This document shows, piece by piece, positions 11,801-22,799 of a stretch of DNA of 33,856 nt. The notes beneath the pieces were generated by a model. It did not search any database. It was not told the DNA's origin and was given only the letters and a program-made list of their open reading frames with translations. This DNA comes from Perkinsus olseni (taxonomy: Eukaryota): NCBI GenBank assembly GCA_013115125.1, contig JABANN010000381.1, forward strand, positions 1 through 33,856, written 5' to 3'. The first letter of the stretch is position 1. Each line of letters opens with the position of its first letter. The translations under genes were made by a program, and so were the position numbers.

Positions 11801-13272
11801 CTGATGAACTCATGGGGCGACGACTGGGGAGAACACGGTTGTTTTAGGATGCTCCGAGGTAGCCGCCGCAGTTGATCTTCTGTCCCTCCCCTCTTCCTTC
11901 AATTGCGTTGTAGGCCGCAACCTGTGTGGCATCGAAGAGCTTCCGGTCGGCATGGACCCGATCAACGTTGATCAACTCGACTCCCAGTAGGCTCCCCCCG
12001 TGCCTTAGTCGCTAGCCGCTTGCCACGTATGCTCGTCATGAATCCGTCCAAGCTCGAACCAGCGTCGCTTGAAAAATGCGACGCAGGCTCGTTCTTGTGT
12101 GAAGCCTCATGCTCCTTCCGAACTGCTGCCACGCTTGCTTCAGACCGAGTGTGTTTGACTTATGCGCTGACAGAGCTCGCAAGCGTTCGGAAACCTGCTT
12201 TCCTGCGAGGTTTCCCATTATCGGTCCGATCAACCTCCTACCGCCCGATATTCTCTCGCGGCTGGCTGACACCACTGCAGCGGAGGCCACTCTCGCCGCC
12301 GAAGCTGCGCAAGACCTCAGTAACCGTATGGCTCGACAAGGCCTCGCGAATGCTGCCATCACTCAGGCTCTGTGGGCAGTCCTTCATCCGGCTCGTCCTG
12401 GTCGTTCCAGGACGACTCGCCGGGTCTGACCAAGGCTCACACGGCCACGACCGTAGGGAACTGGCGAACGCAGGTGCGAGTCATCGGAGTTGGGTTGCAT
12501 TTGCTTCCAGCGAACTGTTGTTGAGGGAGTATATGGGCTGTTGTCAGGACCCCACTGCGGAGTACTGGAAGTCGTTCTTCCAACGACATAAGCCTGAGGT
12601 CTTGCACGCCCTCAAGGTTGACAATTCGGAAGAGCGAAATGTGGTGGTGGAATGCCTAGAGTCCCAGGTAGATCCAGCGCTTCCTCGTATGCCATGCGCC
12701 TTAACAGGGCGACCTTACTGTTTTCTCTCAAGGTCGTGTTCGGTACGCTCATCCACATGCACTTGAGGTTGGAGTCAGCGGACGAATCACTCGAGTCCGA
12801 CGTGTAAGAAGGGATCTCCAGGGAAAGAAGGGTGGCGTGGCTGATGAGTACCCTGCGCCAGGTACATACACGTCGACCCCTTCGGCCGGTGCGAAGTCAC
12901 TCTGGGGGTCCCTGGCGATCCGTCTTCGTATTCGCAACCGCATGACCGGGCTCAGACCGCTTGATAACCCTCCCTTTGCCGATAGCTGGACCTCTTCCTC
13001 TCGTCGTAGTGTCCACCGTGTACTAGAAGTTTCTCGCTGAGGTTTGGTTGCTAAGTTCGTCTCCGCTTCACGAGTTGAGTACCGAGTGTATAACCGAAGT
13101 TGAGGACTGAGCAGTCGAATCGTTGACGTGTTGTGATGTAGACCAGGTAAGGCATTTGGTCCATGACATCGATTCTGTAACTTCCTCAACCCTTCTCTGG
13201 ACACCGAATCGGAATTTCGGTGTTGAAAACGAGGTGAGCCCGATCTGCTAGTATAGTAGAGCTAGATTCATG

Positions 13273-13284
13273 CCGTTGATACCA
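13273..13284 (-). promoter_or_regulatory. Primer-binding site, probably for initiator tRNA-Met
   Basis: TGGTATCAACGG is complementary to a tRNA 3' end ...CCGUUGAUACCA. U72-A73-CCA matches eukaryotic initiator tRNAs (compare the common TGGTATCA PBS). Confidence 0.6.
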
Positions 13285-13457
13285 GTAAAATGGTGAAGTG
13301 TTTTGTGTCTTAATCTATGCTAAACGTCAGTCCGAGTAACGTAAAGTGTTCCCCATGTGGTCCATTCTTCGTTACTTAGTCGCGCTGAAGGCTCCAGCCT
13401 GTAACGATTCAATCGCTGCGATGCTTCTCTGTGTAGAGGCGTGGACTGTATCATACA
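13285..13457 (-). repeat. Putative 5' LTR (~173 bp)
   Basis: Begins TGTA and ends TTTTAC immediately before the PBS. No second copy is present to confirm it. Confidence 0.45.
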
Positions 13458-13553
13458 GCCCAGGTCTCATGCAGTCGGGATAAGATTTATGCGATAAACT
13501 TAAGAGGTAGGTGTTTCAAGGAAGCATATTCGAAAACCCAACAGTAAAACAGC

Positions 13554-15515
13554 TCATTCTACGGTCAGCTTCTTGCCGGATCGGCACGACGCTTGAACCT
13601 TCAGGGGAACGGTCCACATCGACACGGACAGCGCTTCCGACTGAAAAAACAGCAGGCACTTCGATTAATGAGATTCTAGTAAGACGAGGAGCCCAGGGGC
13701 CCAACTCACGATATCTCGCAGGACTGAAATGACCATGGACAGCCAAGACAGCAGAGCGAAGGTGGATACAAAAACGAGCAAAAATGGCTCGTGGATTGGA
13801 GGCCGGTTGTCGGGTGACAGGAGGCCGAGGACGCAGTTACCTGAAGATTCAATTCTCTCACTGGATATTAGCGAGAAAAAAATCCACATGCTATTATCAT
13901 GACGGGCACGATACAGGGCCAATGAGAGGGTGCGAGGTCGCCGTCGCACACATGAGCCACCTGAAGGGAAAATTTGTCGCTGTAGCAGTGTTAAAAGAGC
14001 GTCACAAAAGCTTTCGAAATTTGGACCGAGTGATACAATTCCACATGTTTGGCAGCCCTGCGCGAGCGTTTCCAGACCACGCAACTGTGCGGTAGGTCGA
14101 AGCCGTAGACGAATCATGGATAGTCTCGCAGCGATCACACGTCTCGGTTGGATTACCTGTATCATCGCTACTGTATAAGAGAATAGGATACCAATGAACC
14201 ATATGGTGAGCCTGGGGTGTTGGGCCGCGACACCCTCAGGAGAGAACGTCACCCACAGACAAGCGAGGACCACACCAACACAGTACGGTGCGGCCGTCGA
14301 GAACGCATGATGCAGATCATGAGTTCGAGTATCTGAAAACTTCTAATCAGCACATCATGAACCGGGAAGGCTGGGTCTTCACTCATTCGTTTCTGTTGCG
14401 ACCCGAACCCGAACTTGGTGAGATGACTATACACTCCATAAACGTGGTTCAAGGTGATTAGGATGGCCGAAAATAACATCCTGAGCGCAAAGTGATCCTC
14501 CTCGCCGAGACGATGCGCACGCTCACAGGACGAGGGTTATGTCACAGCGCTGGAAGCTGCCTCCAATGAACGGCAATGTCTCCTTCACATGCCAGAAGGA
14601 GGAGTAGTCGCTCATGAGGGAGCTCAGCAGGTACACAGTGGCTACGACGAAGATCCCCTCGTTGGGACCGTTGATGTATGGTAGAATGAATTCACCTGAT
14701 CGAAGCATTTGAGTTCCACAACTCTACCATGGACGAGCAAACCTCGATAATATTCGTCCCAGGTTGCAAAGAAAAATTGGGTAGAAGTCATGAAGAGCAT
14801 CGCCAAAGTCCTGAGCACGAGAAAGAGGAATTAGTACAAGTGAGTAGTCAACAGGGGGAGTATCGCACTCACCTCAATCCTGCTCCGTACTGGAATAGAG
14901 CAGCTGTCGAGAAGATACTAACCACAACGTTAATGCTGTCACAGCCATGGTCTATCAGGAGGCCGAGGGGACTGGACAGACCGAGCCGACGCGCCTACGG
15001 AGTAGTGTGCGATACGGCACAAAGAATCTAGGGTTAGCACCTGCTTCCCGTCTAAGTTGTCGAAGAACGAGTAAGCGATAACCATGATGCCCGTCAAGGC
15101 CCACACCCAGGCAGGGCAGGGTTCAGTGAGGGAGGGGCAGTACCTAGGGGAGTGAACAGTGCTGGGAGGCTGCGGACTGGCTATTACCAAAAAACGATGA
15201 GATGTGATATAACATTACAAAGAAGTCCACAAAGAGTAAGAACATTAGGATGGACCTGCAGCTTGGTAAAGCGACCTCCTCACTTGGTCATGCCCTACCC
15301 ATTCAGGGACCCATTGTATGATAACTTCACACAGCGGAGATAATACATAGTTGTAAAGCAGGCTGCGATCTTCCCCTACGAATTTAAAGGCCCTCACTTC
15401 CTTCGCATCCTCCGAGCTCAGATACCTAAGAACAGGCCGTAATGGGAGGTTTATCACGCTATTCAACTCACCTGGGGAGGAGGATACTATAAAGAAACCG
15501 CATAGATGGTTTCAT
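13554..15515 (-). CDS. CDP-alcohol phosphotransferase (ethanolamine/choline phosphotransferase, EPT1/CEPT-like), copy A
   Basis: Spliced product: MKPSMRFLYSILLPR-YLSSEDAKEVRAFKFVGEDRSLLYNYVLSPLC...HPNVLTLCG...[26 protein letters not shown] (complete DxxDGxxARx8Gx3Dx3D motif)...WDEYYRG...NGPNEG...GKKLTVE*. About 12 short introns. Alternative start at 15503. Confidence 0.92.
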
Positions 15516-15519
15516 CTGG

Positions 15520-17100
15520 GTCGCTGCCCTGCGAGACGAGATTGAAGACCATGAGCGGTCTGCATTGCTAGGCCCTTGTGGCTCAGCATCAACACCAGAA
15601 GGTTTCCGCGTGGCACGACTCGCAAGAGGCATGTTTATGGCGGATGATAAGCGAGAAGGAATCAACGATCGAGCAATGAACCGCGTTTTGAAGCACGCGT
15701 GCGCGAAGCATTTCTCGTGACGATGATCTTGTCGATGTAAGACAGCGCCTGGCTCCTGGGTCAGGAGTCCTGGCCCCATAAGACTCGGCGATGCAAAGAA
15801 CAAGTTTGAAGACGCATGGGCAAAAGCCGACGCACAGTATGGAACAGACAACCCACGGCGTCAGCCGTGGGTATGTAAAATCGCGGCAGGAGCCTGGTCA
15901 TGCTAGCTTGTCGGGCCAGCCTAGTGACTAGGCCCTAGTCCGCATCAGCGGACACTCATGTGCTTGCGTGCAACCGAGTGTGCGTGTTAGGAATTATGTT
16001 GGTAGCGATTTTCGCTCTGCTCTCGACATAGTGGTTGCGACAAGCAGCAGCTATCAATGCATCATCGACTGCGCTATCGTGTGCTCCGCGCATCAGTAAA
16101 CTACCGAGCACCCCTCGCAATGGTTATCGCTAGCGTTGAGTATGACTGGAGCCTAAACGCGGCATCACCGCGCTCGGTGACGGGGCGTTCGGGGCCGGGT
16201 CGGTGTTGGAAGCTCTGTTGTCCATGAACAGTTGTCGAACGCGATGTACGTTCTCTACCCCCGCGTTTACCTTCCTCTTGCAGAGGAATGGCTCCCTTGA
16301 GTCCTAAGAAGTCCTTAGGAGTCGCCCGGCTGGAGGCTTCTCGGCTGGTCAATCCGCGAGTCGCGACGCTAGCTGTCCCTCACCAGTGTTCAGCGAGTTC
16401 GCGGACGGTGGATCGGGACGTTCACAGCATCAATATCGTTGTTATTCTTATTCCAAGTGCGTCTCCGCAAAGCGCGCCCCTTGCCAGTTCCTTTCGGCGA
16501 CCGAAGTCGGCCAGGATTTCAGCTAAGGCGAGAAGTCTTGGTTGCCTTCGTGAGAACTTCTGACTCAGAAGCAACCTCATACCTTTTGTCATTGTGGTCG
16601 GATATGATGCTGTCCTCAGCGGTATTTCTAAGATCGTCCATCGAGTAAGTCCGTCGTCATGGATCACTAAGACCATGCTCATCTCGCGGTGAAGCTTCCA
16701 TGTCTTGGACATCAAGACTTGATGTTGTGTTTACGACGCTTCGAGCTCGTCTTCGGAACGGACTCATAGAGGCGCATTCACCCCGGTGTTGCCATGCTGC
16801 TTCTGTTCTGACTGCTTAGTATTCTTGCGACAGCTCGATACCAGAGGCCTTGCCAAAAATGTGACGAGTCAGTCTGTGGAGAGACTAAGTCTTTGGAACA
16901 GTCAAATCCGTGGTGCCCATTGTTCCGGCCGCGGGTTGGCTGTTTTGCTTGTCTTCCTGTGCCCAGGCGATTTCGTCGAATCTTGCCGGATTTCGCTTGC
17001 CCGTCTACTGGGCACTCTTTGCTCCTGCATGCCCTTTCAAAGGAGCTCATTATCATAGTACGATGGTCGTACCCTGTCACTTAGACCATCATAAGCACTG
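15520..17100. other. Decayed coding-like sequence between the paralogues (gene or TE relics)
   Basis: Stop-interrupted protein-like frames on + (15520-15900, VAALRDEIEDHERSALLG...DAKNKFEDAWAKADAQYG) and on - (16400-16770, MDDLRNTAEDSIISDHNDKRYEVASESEV). No family recognised. Confidence 0.25.
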
Positions 17101-17317
17101 TTCCTCACTTAGAAGCAAACTGAAACAATCCCTTAGAGACGGTTCGTGGTGTCCTATGAGCAGCTGTGAACATGTGTCAACCCTACCTGGCTCTTCAGTG
17201 ACGCGACGGCGATTTCTGCGCAATTATTGCTGTACAACTCGGAGGCGTAGAACGTACGAACTCAAGGGCAGATGATTTTTGAAAAGAGTTTAAAAAAAAA
17301 TCGAACAGTAGAACAAG

Positions 17318-19370
17318 TCAGTCAATGGCACGCTTCTTGCCGGATCGGCACGACGCTTGAATCTTTAGAGGAACAGTCCACATCGACACGGACAGCGCTT
17401 CCGACTGAAAAAGACAACAGCCACAACGTCATGGAATGGCATTTGAGTGGACGAAGCGCTGAGGGGCCCAACTCACGATATCTCGCAGGACTGCAATGAC
17501 CATGGACAGCCAAGACAGCAGTGCGAAGGTGGATACAAACATGAGCAACAACGGCTCGTGAATTGGAGGCTGGTTGTCGGGTGACAGGAGGCCGAGGACG
17601 CAATTACCTGACGAGACAATTTCCTCGCAGGGAATGGGCGAGAAATGGTACATGATATTATGCAGACGGGAAGGATACAGGGCCATCGATAGGGCGTGAG
17701 GTCGCTATCACATACATGAGCCACCTGAAGAGATAGTTGGCTGCTCTCACTGGGTTCAAAGAACGTATTAAAAGCCCTCTAGATATGATACGATGGCCCG
17801 CCGTCGGCGGGTCATCAGATTTAGCTTGTTCAAAAGCCCGGCAAGAGCCTTCCCAAACCACGTAAAGTTAAAACTCGGCAAAGATTAACGGGATGTTGAA
17901 CATCGGATGTTCTCGCAGCCATCACACGTCTCGGTTGGATTACCTGTATCATCGCTACTGTATAAGAGAATAGGATACCGATGAACCATATGGTGAGCCT
18001 GGGGTGTTGGGCCGCGACTCCCTCAGGAGGGAACGTCACCCATAGACAAGCGAGAATCACACCAACACAGTACGGTGCGGCCGTCGAGAACGCATGATGC
18101 AGATCATGAGTTCGAGTATCTGAAAACTTGGAGTCCGCCGACCGGGACCCGGAAAATCCCCGCCCCTTTCCATAACGAGGAAGAGAGTTCTCACTCATTC
18201 GCTTCCGCTGCTCAGGAGGCGTGGTGAGGTAACTGTACACCCCATAAACGTGCGTTAAAATGACTGGAATGGCCGAGGTGGAACACCTGAGCTCAGTGTC
18301 GAGCCCAAGGCAAGACGATGCGCACGCCTACAGGACGAGGGCTATGTCACAGCGCTGGAAGCTGCCTCCAATGAACGGCAATGTCTCCTTCACATGCCAG
18401 AAGGAGGAGTAGTCGCCCATGAGGGAGCTCAGCAGGTATATAGTGGCTAGGATGAGGACACCTTCATTGGGACCGTTGACGTATGGTAGAATAAATTCAC
18501 CTAATCGTCATCGAGACAGCGTTCAAGTTGGTATAATGGGGTAGCCTACCTCGATAATATTCATCCCAAGCAGCAAAGAAGAACTGACTAGAGGCCATGA
18601 AGAGCATAGTCAGAGTTCTAAAGAGGAAGAGTAAATACTGACGTGGGAAACGCACCCCAGTGAATAGTTGACGACATGTAGTTCGTCGATCGCGCGCCGT
18701 AGCCAGCGTCCTCATCACTCACCTCAATCCTGCTCCGTACTGGAACAGAGCGGCTGCAGAGAAGGTACTCATCACTACGTTAATTCCGTCACAGCCATGG
18801 TCTACTAGGAGCCCGAGGGCACTTGAGAGACCGAGCCGACGCGCCTGCAGGGAACTGGTGGGTGCAAGGCGAAGAAGGGAATCTGGGGTGGGTACCTGCT
18901 TCCCGTCTAAATTGTCGAAAAGTTGGTACGCCAGGACCATGATGCCCGTCAAGGCCCACACCCAGGCAGGGCAGGGTTCAGTGAGGGAGGGGCAGTACCT
19001 AGGGGAGTGAACAGTGCTGAGAGGCTGCGGACTGGCTATTACCAAAAAACGATGAGATGTGATATAACATTACAAAGAAGTCCACAAAGAGTAAGAACAT
19101 TAGGATGGACCTGCAGCTTGGTAAAGCGACCTCCTCACTTGGTCATGCCCTACCCATTCAGGGACCCATTGTGTGATAACTTCACACAGCGGAGATAATA
19201 CATAGTTGTAAAGCAGGCTGCGATCTTCCCCTACGAATTTGAAGGCCCTCACTTCCTTTGCATCCTCCGAGCTCAGATACCTAAGAGCAGGCCGTGATGG
19301 GAAGTTTATTACCCTATTCAACTCACCTGGGGAGGAGGATACTATAAAGAATTTGCATAGATGGTTTCAT
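17318..19370 (-). CDS. CDP-alcohol phosphotransferase (EPT1/CEPT-like), copy B
   Basis: Same exon structure as copy A. Contains [31 protein letters not shown] and ends SEALSVSMWTVPLKIQASCRSGKKRAID*. Confidence 0.92.
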
Positions 19371-20157
19371 CTGGCGACTTGTGAGGTGTTAAAGCGCCCA
19401 ACGCAGATGCGCAGCGTCACGCGCCACGAAATTCAGTTCAGTCTCTATTACGCCTTAGTATGCCGCGCCAGAATACGCCTACTTAGTAACTCCTATTTCC
19501 ACAGCTCGCGTGTAGAGAAGATTATTTCCGATGAGACTTGTCATTGGTATAACCCGTTTCGCGAGCATGCCCGGAATGCCTGTAATTTCGGCGAAATGCG
19601 GTATTCAATTTCGCGGTAGTTGGGCCAGTTTATTTGTTTCGCCATTTACTCGGCTACGCGACACCCACCAGCCGCGCTGCTGTCTCAACTCACTAATATC
19701 CTCGGCTCCCGGCGTAAAGGCCGCACCCTAGGCCTTATACACTTCTCGCTACTCCCTTGGTCGTGAATTTGAGGGCCTTACCCGCGGGATTGAACTCCGT
19801 ATTCGAGGCCTGCCGCTGAAATGACTTCTCTATTCGCCAACTTAACGTCCTCATTTCGGCCCTGTCTTTACTCGCTAAAGTGACGATATCCTCGCCTACT
19901 GGCATAGCGACCTCTAGGCGTCTCTCAACGCTTCAGCCCACAGCAAGCACAGAGTAGTGCCTGGTCGCAGGTTCTGTCACGTATGAAGGTCAAGCAGCAG
20001 TTAGTTGAGTCAGCTTCTCAGCCGGTTATGTGTAGAACTCAGTAGGTAGCGGGTGTAACCTTGAGCTCTGTCAACGCGAGCTCTAGGCCTAGTACGCCTC
20101 TTAACAGGCTGGGTTGTGGTGCACTTGGCCACGTTCAGTTGTTTCGTCCCGTCCCCG

Positions 20158-21834
20158 ATGTCTCAGCTTGATTTCCTGAGGGCACTGCGTGCGGAAGAGG
20201 AAGAGGATGCTCAGGAAGACGGCGAGAGGCCCACTGGGGACGTATCTCCCTTAACGTCCGAGGGCGACCCTGTGTCTGAGCCGTCTGAAGGCGCAGCTGC
20301 CAGTAAAGGAGGCTGGGGTGACATACTCGCTGCACAACAGGTAGTAAAGTAAAGGAAGCTGTGAGAGGATTCGGGATATCCTTCGCTGTGCGAAGGAACC
20401 GAGTGTACTCTTGTAGCTCTCATAGAGCTACTTGAGGTTGATGATACTCGATGTGGAGTGGAGGGTGTCCCGGAACTTCTCATCCAATTTGGAAGCAATT
20501 TTCCGGTCGGTAGGTGAGGGTTTTATGACGATACTTTGAGGAGACCTCGAAAAGTGCTTCAGAAATACATTGTTCGAGCTCCTAAAATTTTATAGGAAGT
20601 CAAAAGCTCGACGTTTAGGTCACACTTTTTCACATCAACCATTTAGCAACCCAACGAGTATGTCGAAAAAAGAGAGAAAAACTTCTCATAACGCGTTCTC
20701 GCGTTTTAACTCGTTCTAACTCGTAACGTGAATGGCCGACCTTCATAGAACTGATTTTTTGTTCAACGATGGTAATTGTCGCTGTGAACTGATTAAGATC
20801 GTGAGCATCTCCTTATTCCGTGTAATATCGCACCGGCGGAAGCTCTGGCACCTTCTGGCTGAGTTTGCTTCTGGATTTGTGTGTTTTGTGGATTACGGAG
20901 ATCATAATTTTCCTGTGTCCAGGACACGGCGTCAGCTAGCAGTGGGCAGCCTGGGGGAAGTGGTGGTGGTTGGGGATCTATCTTGGGAGGCGGAGCGAAG
21001 CGCAAGGCAGACGAAACCTGGGCTGAGCCTGCTTCAAAGACTGTCAAGACTGGAGATGGTACTGCGAGACACTCGGACTGCTCGCTGTTGACTCTCCGGT
21101 TTCAGAGAGCACCACGGCCGAGTTCCCCGAGGCAGCCCATATAAAGATCCTCTTCTACGCTTCTGAGGGAGTTGAGGTATCAGCAGAAGACGTTCACAAT
21201 TACAAGACGTCTCTGAAGACCACAGATAAGGGGTCAGAAGAGGAGTTGCTACGGGGTGCCGTACTTGGACTTGCAGGTCCGCTGCCGCACAGGAAGCTTC
21301 GACCGGTGGACCTCCGCGAGCGTTCGGGCTGTCAGGTGGGTCGCCTGGCTGTTGGATTCGCGGATGTTGTGGTATGGCAGATGAGCATGGGGAGAACGAA
21401 GCAGTTGGTGTGGCGAGCATTCCTAAGGAGGAATTTAAAGAAGTTCTGGATAAGTTGGTATGGTCGATGGACACAGACACGGAGCCCCTATGGCGGAGGG
21501 CCCATCCCAACGAGGTCGGCTGCTTCTACTCCTATTAGCGCTCCAACTTCTCGCTGTGGTTCAGCTGAGCGCATATTTCAACTACGGTCTGAATGAGCAG
21601 CTCTTTCGAGAGTACATGCTGGATAAGCAGATTTGCCTGCGGTTGGATCGGGCGAAGCGGAACAAGATTACTGTAATTTTGTGAAGTGCCAGAGTCGACC
21701 TCAAGATTCTCTCGATACAGGTCGGGACGTATCCAGCTCAAGGGAATCTAGGCATCATGAACGCTGCACCGGGAGGAGGGCCGGGTCGGGCTTTGCCTGG
21801 TAATAATACCGTCGGGTACCACCGAGGTACTTAG
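20158..21834 (+). CDS. FIP1: Pre-mRNA 3'-end processing factor FIP1-like protein (may continue into the RRM exons to 22777)
   Basis: Acidic N-terminus MSQLDFLRALRAEEEEDAQEDG. Removing intron 21515-21564 gives PLWRRAHPNE-LSAYFNYGLNEQLFREYMLDKQICLRL, matching the Fip1 motif (PWRxPGADLSDYFNYGFNExTWxxY). Intron 1 is long (20341-20922). Confidence 0.85.
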
Positions 21835-22122
21835 CATACTCCTACCGTACCGAACATGCAGCATTTTGAGTAACGTGGATTACCACTACCAGCGAAAGCA
21901 GTCTAGCTCTTTTCCGTTCGTTTGACGTCACCACTGAGTTCTGGTATGTTGAAACCAGGCTACGATTGGTAGCCTACGAAGCGAGCGCTTCGCTTGGACT
22001 TTTCCCGTGAATTGACTGCTGAATTATGGTACGTTGAAATGAGCATAGATTCCGTCGTCGTGACAGAGCCAGCATAGATGATGATTGATTTATGTATCAT
22101 CGTGATGGCGGGCGATGTTCAG

Positions 22123-22777
22123 GTGGTCCTGGCCAGAGGCACGTGAATCCGAGGGACATGGAGGACATGCCAGGTAGGGTACGGACGATACACGTATGTT
22201 GAGAAGAAGTCCCTCAGGCGCCAATGACCCCAAACGATCGTTGTATGTCTGTGGGTTCCCTGCGGAATGGGGCGAGCAGGAGCTACATGACTTGTTCGTC
22301 AAATTCGGTAATAGAAGTTTGCTGCTGTGGGGTCCACGCACTGCTGTATGGCCAGGGCAATTGGAAAGTGTTGTTATTATGCCTAACAGAGTTGGGCACT
22401 CGAGAGGTGCTGGCTTCGTGAACTACGATGACAATGTTCTCAGTCAGCAGGTAATTTCGTGGCGCAGTGACAAGATTACAGTGGGAGTATCTTTAGGTCG
22501 TCCTGGCCATGAATGGGTATTGTGTACCAGACAGGCCTGACTGTACTCTAGCCGTCCGATTTGCGAAAGCCAAGACGCAGCAGCTGCCCGCGGGAGCTCG
22601 GGAACGAGACTCTCATCGTGGAGGGAGTTGGGGTAAAGGAAAAGGCAAGGGGGATGGTCATGTAGGTAGCTTTTGTGTGGAGGTCGAGTGTACGGTCGTT
22701 GTCTGCAGTACGGCCGAGGCAAAGGCAAAGGGAAGGGTTGGGAGAGCAGAGGGAAGGGAGGAGGCTTTTATCACTGA
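22123..22777 (+). CDS. RRM-domain exons with a Gly/Lys-rich tail (ELAV/CELF-type RRM); C-terminus of FIP1, or a separate gene from ATG 22092
   Basis: Spliced: SLYVCGFP (RNP2) AEWGEQELHDLFVKFG-QLESVVIMPNRVGHSRGAGFVNY (RNP1) DDNVLSQQ-VVLAMNGY...TLAVRFAK...GKGKGKGDGH-YGRGKGKGKG...FYH*. Confidence 0.88.
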
Positions 22778-22799
22778 ACAGTTGCATTTCTCACGTATT

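Larger units (their letters stand above)
9243..13457 (-). mobile_element. Degenerate, 3'-truncated Ty3/gypsy-like LTR retrotransposon
   Basis: On the minus strand: putative 5' LTR TGTATGATACAG...TTTTAC (13457-13285), PBS TGGTATCAACGG, gag-like fragments (11813-11175), decayed zinc-knuckle-like text (~10860-11040), and a frameshifted aspartic-protease motif LRTQIDT/(G)xEECYVA (~10510-10550). No recognisable RT, integrase or 3' LTR. The left boundary is approximate. Confidence 0.6.

Noticed and set aside
13554-13556. SELENOI-like Sec readthrough of the EPT TGA stops (also 17318-17320)
   Set aside because: The downstream frames differ in length and diverge quickly, and no SECIS is evident. An ordinary stop is sufficient.
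15690-15850. CFAH/CLFH words suggesting a hAT or Mutator transposase
   Set aside because: They are isolated tetrapeptides in different frames, with no DDE context or TIRs.
15851-15872. Hairpin ACCCACGGC-GTCA-GCCGTGGGT resembling IS200/IS605/IS607 (TnpB/Fanzor) ends or REP elements
   Set aside because: It is a single 9-bp stem, roughly expected by chance in 34 kb, and no RuvC, zinc-finger or transposase motifs are recognisable nearby.
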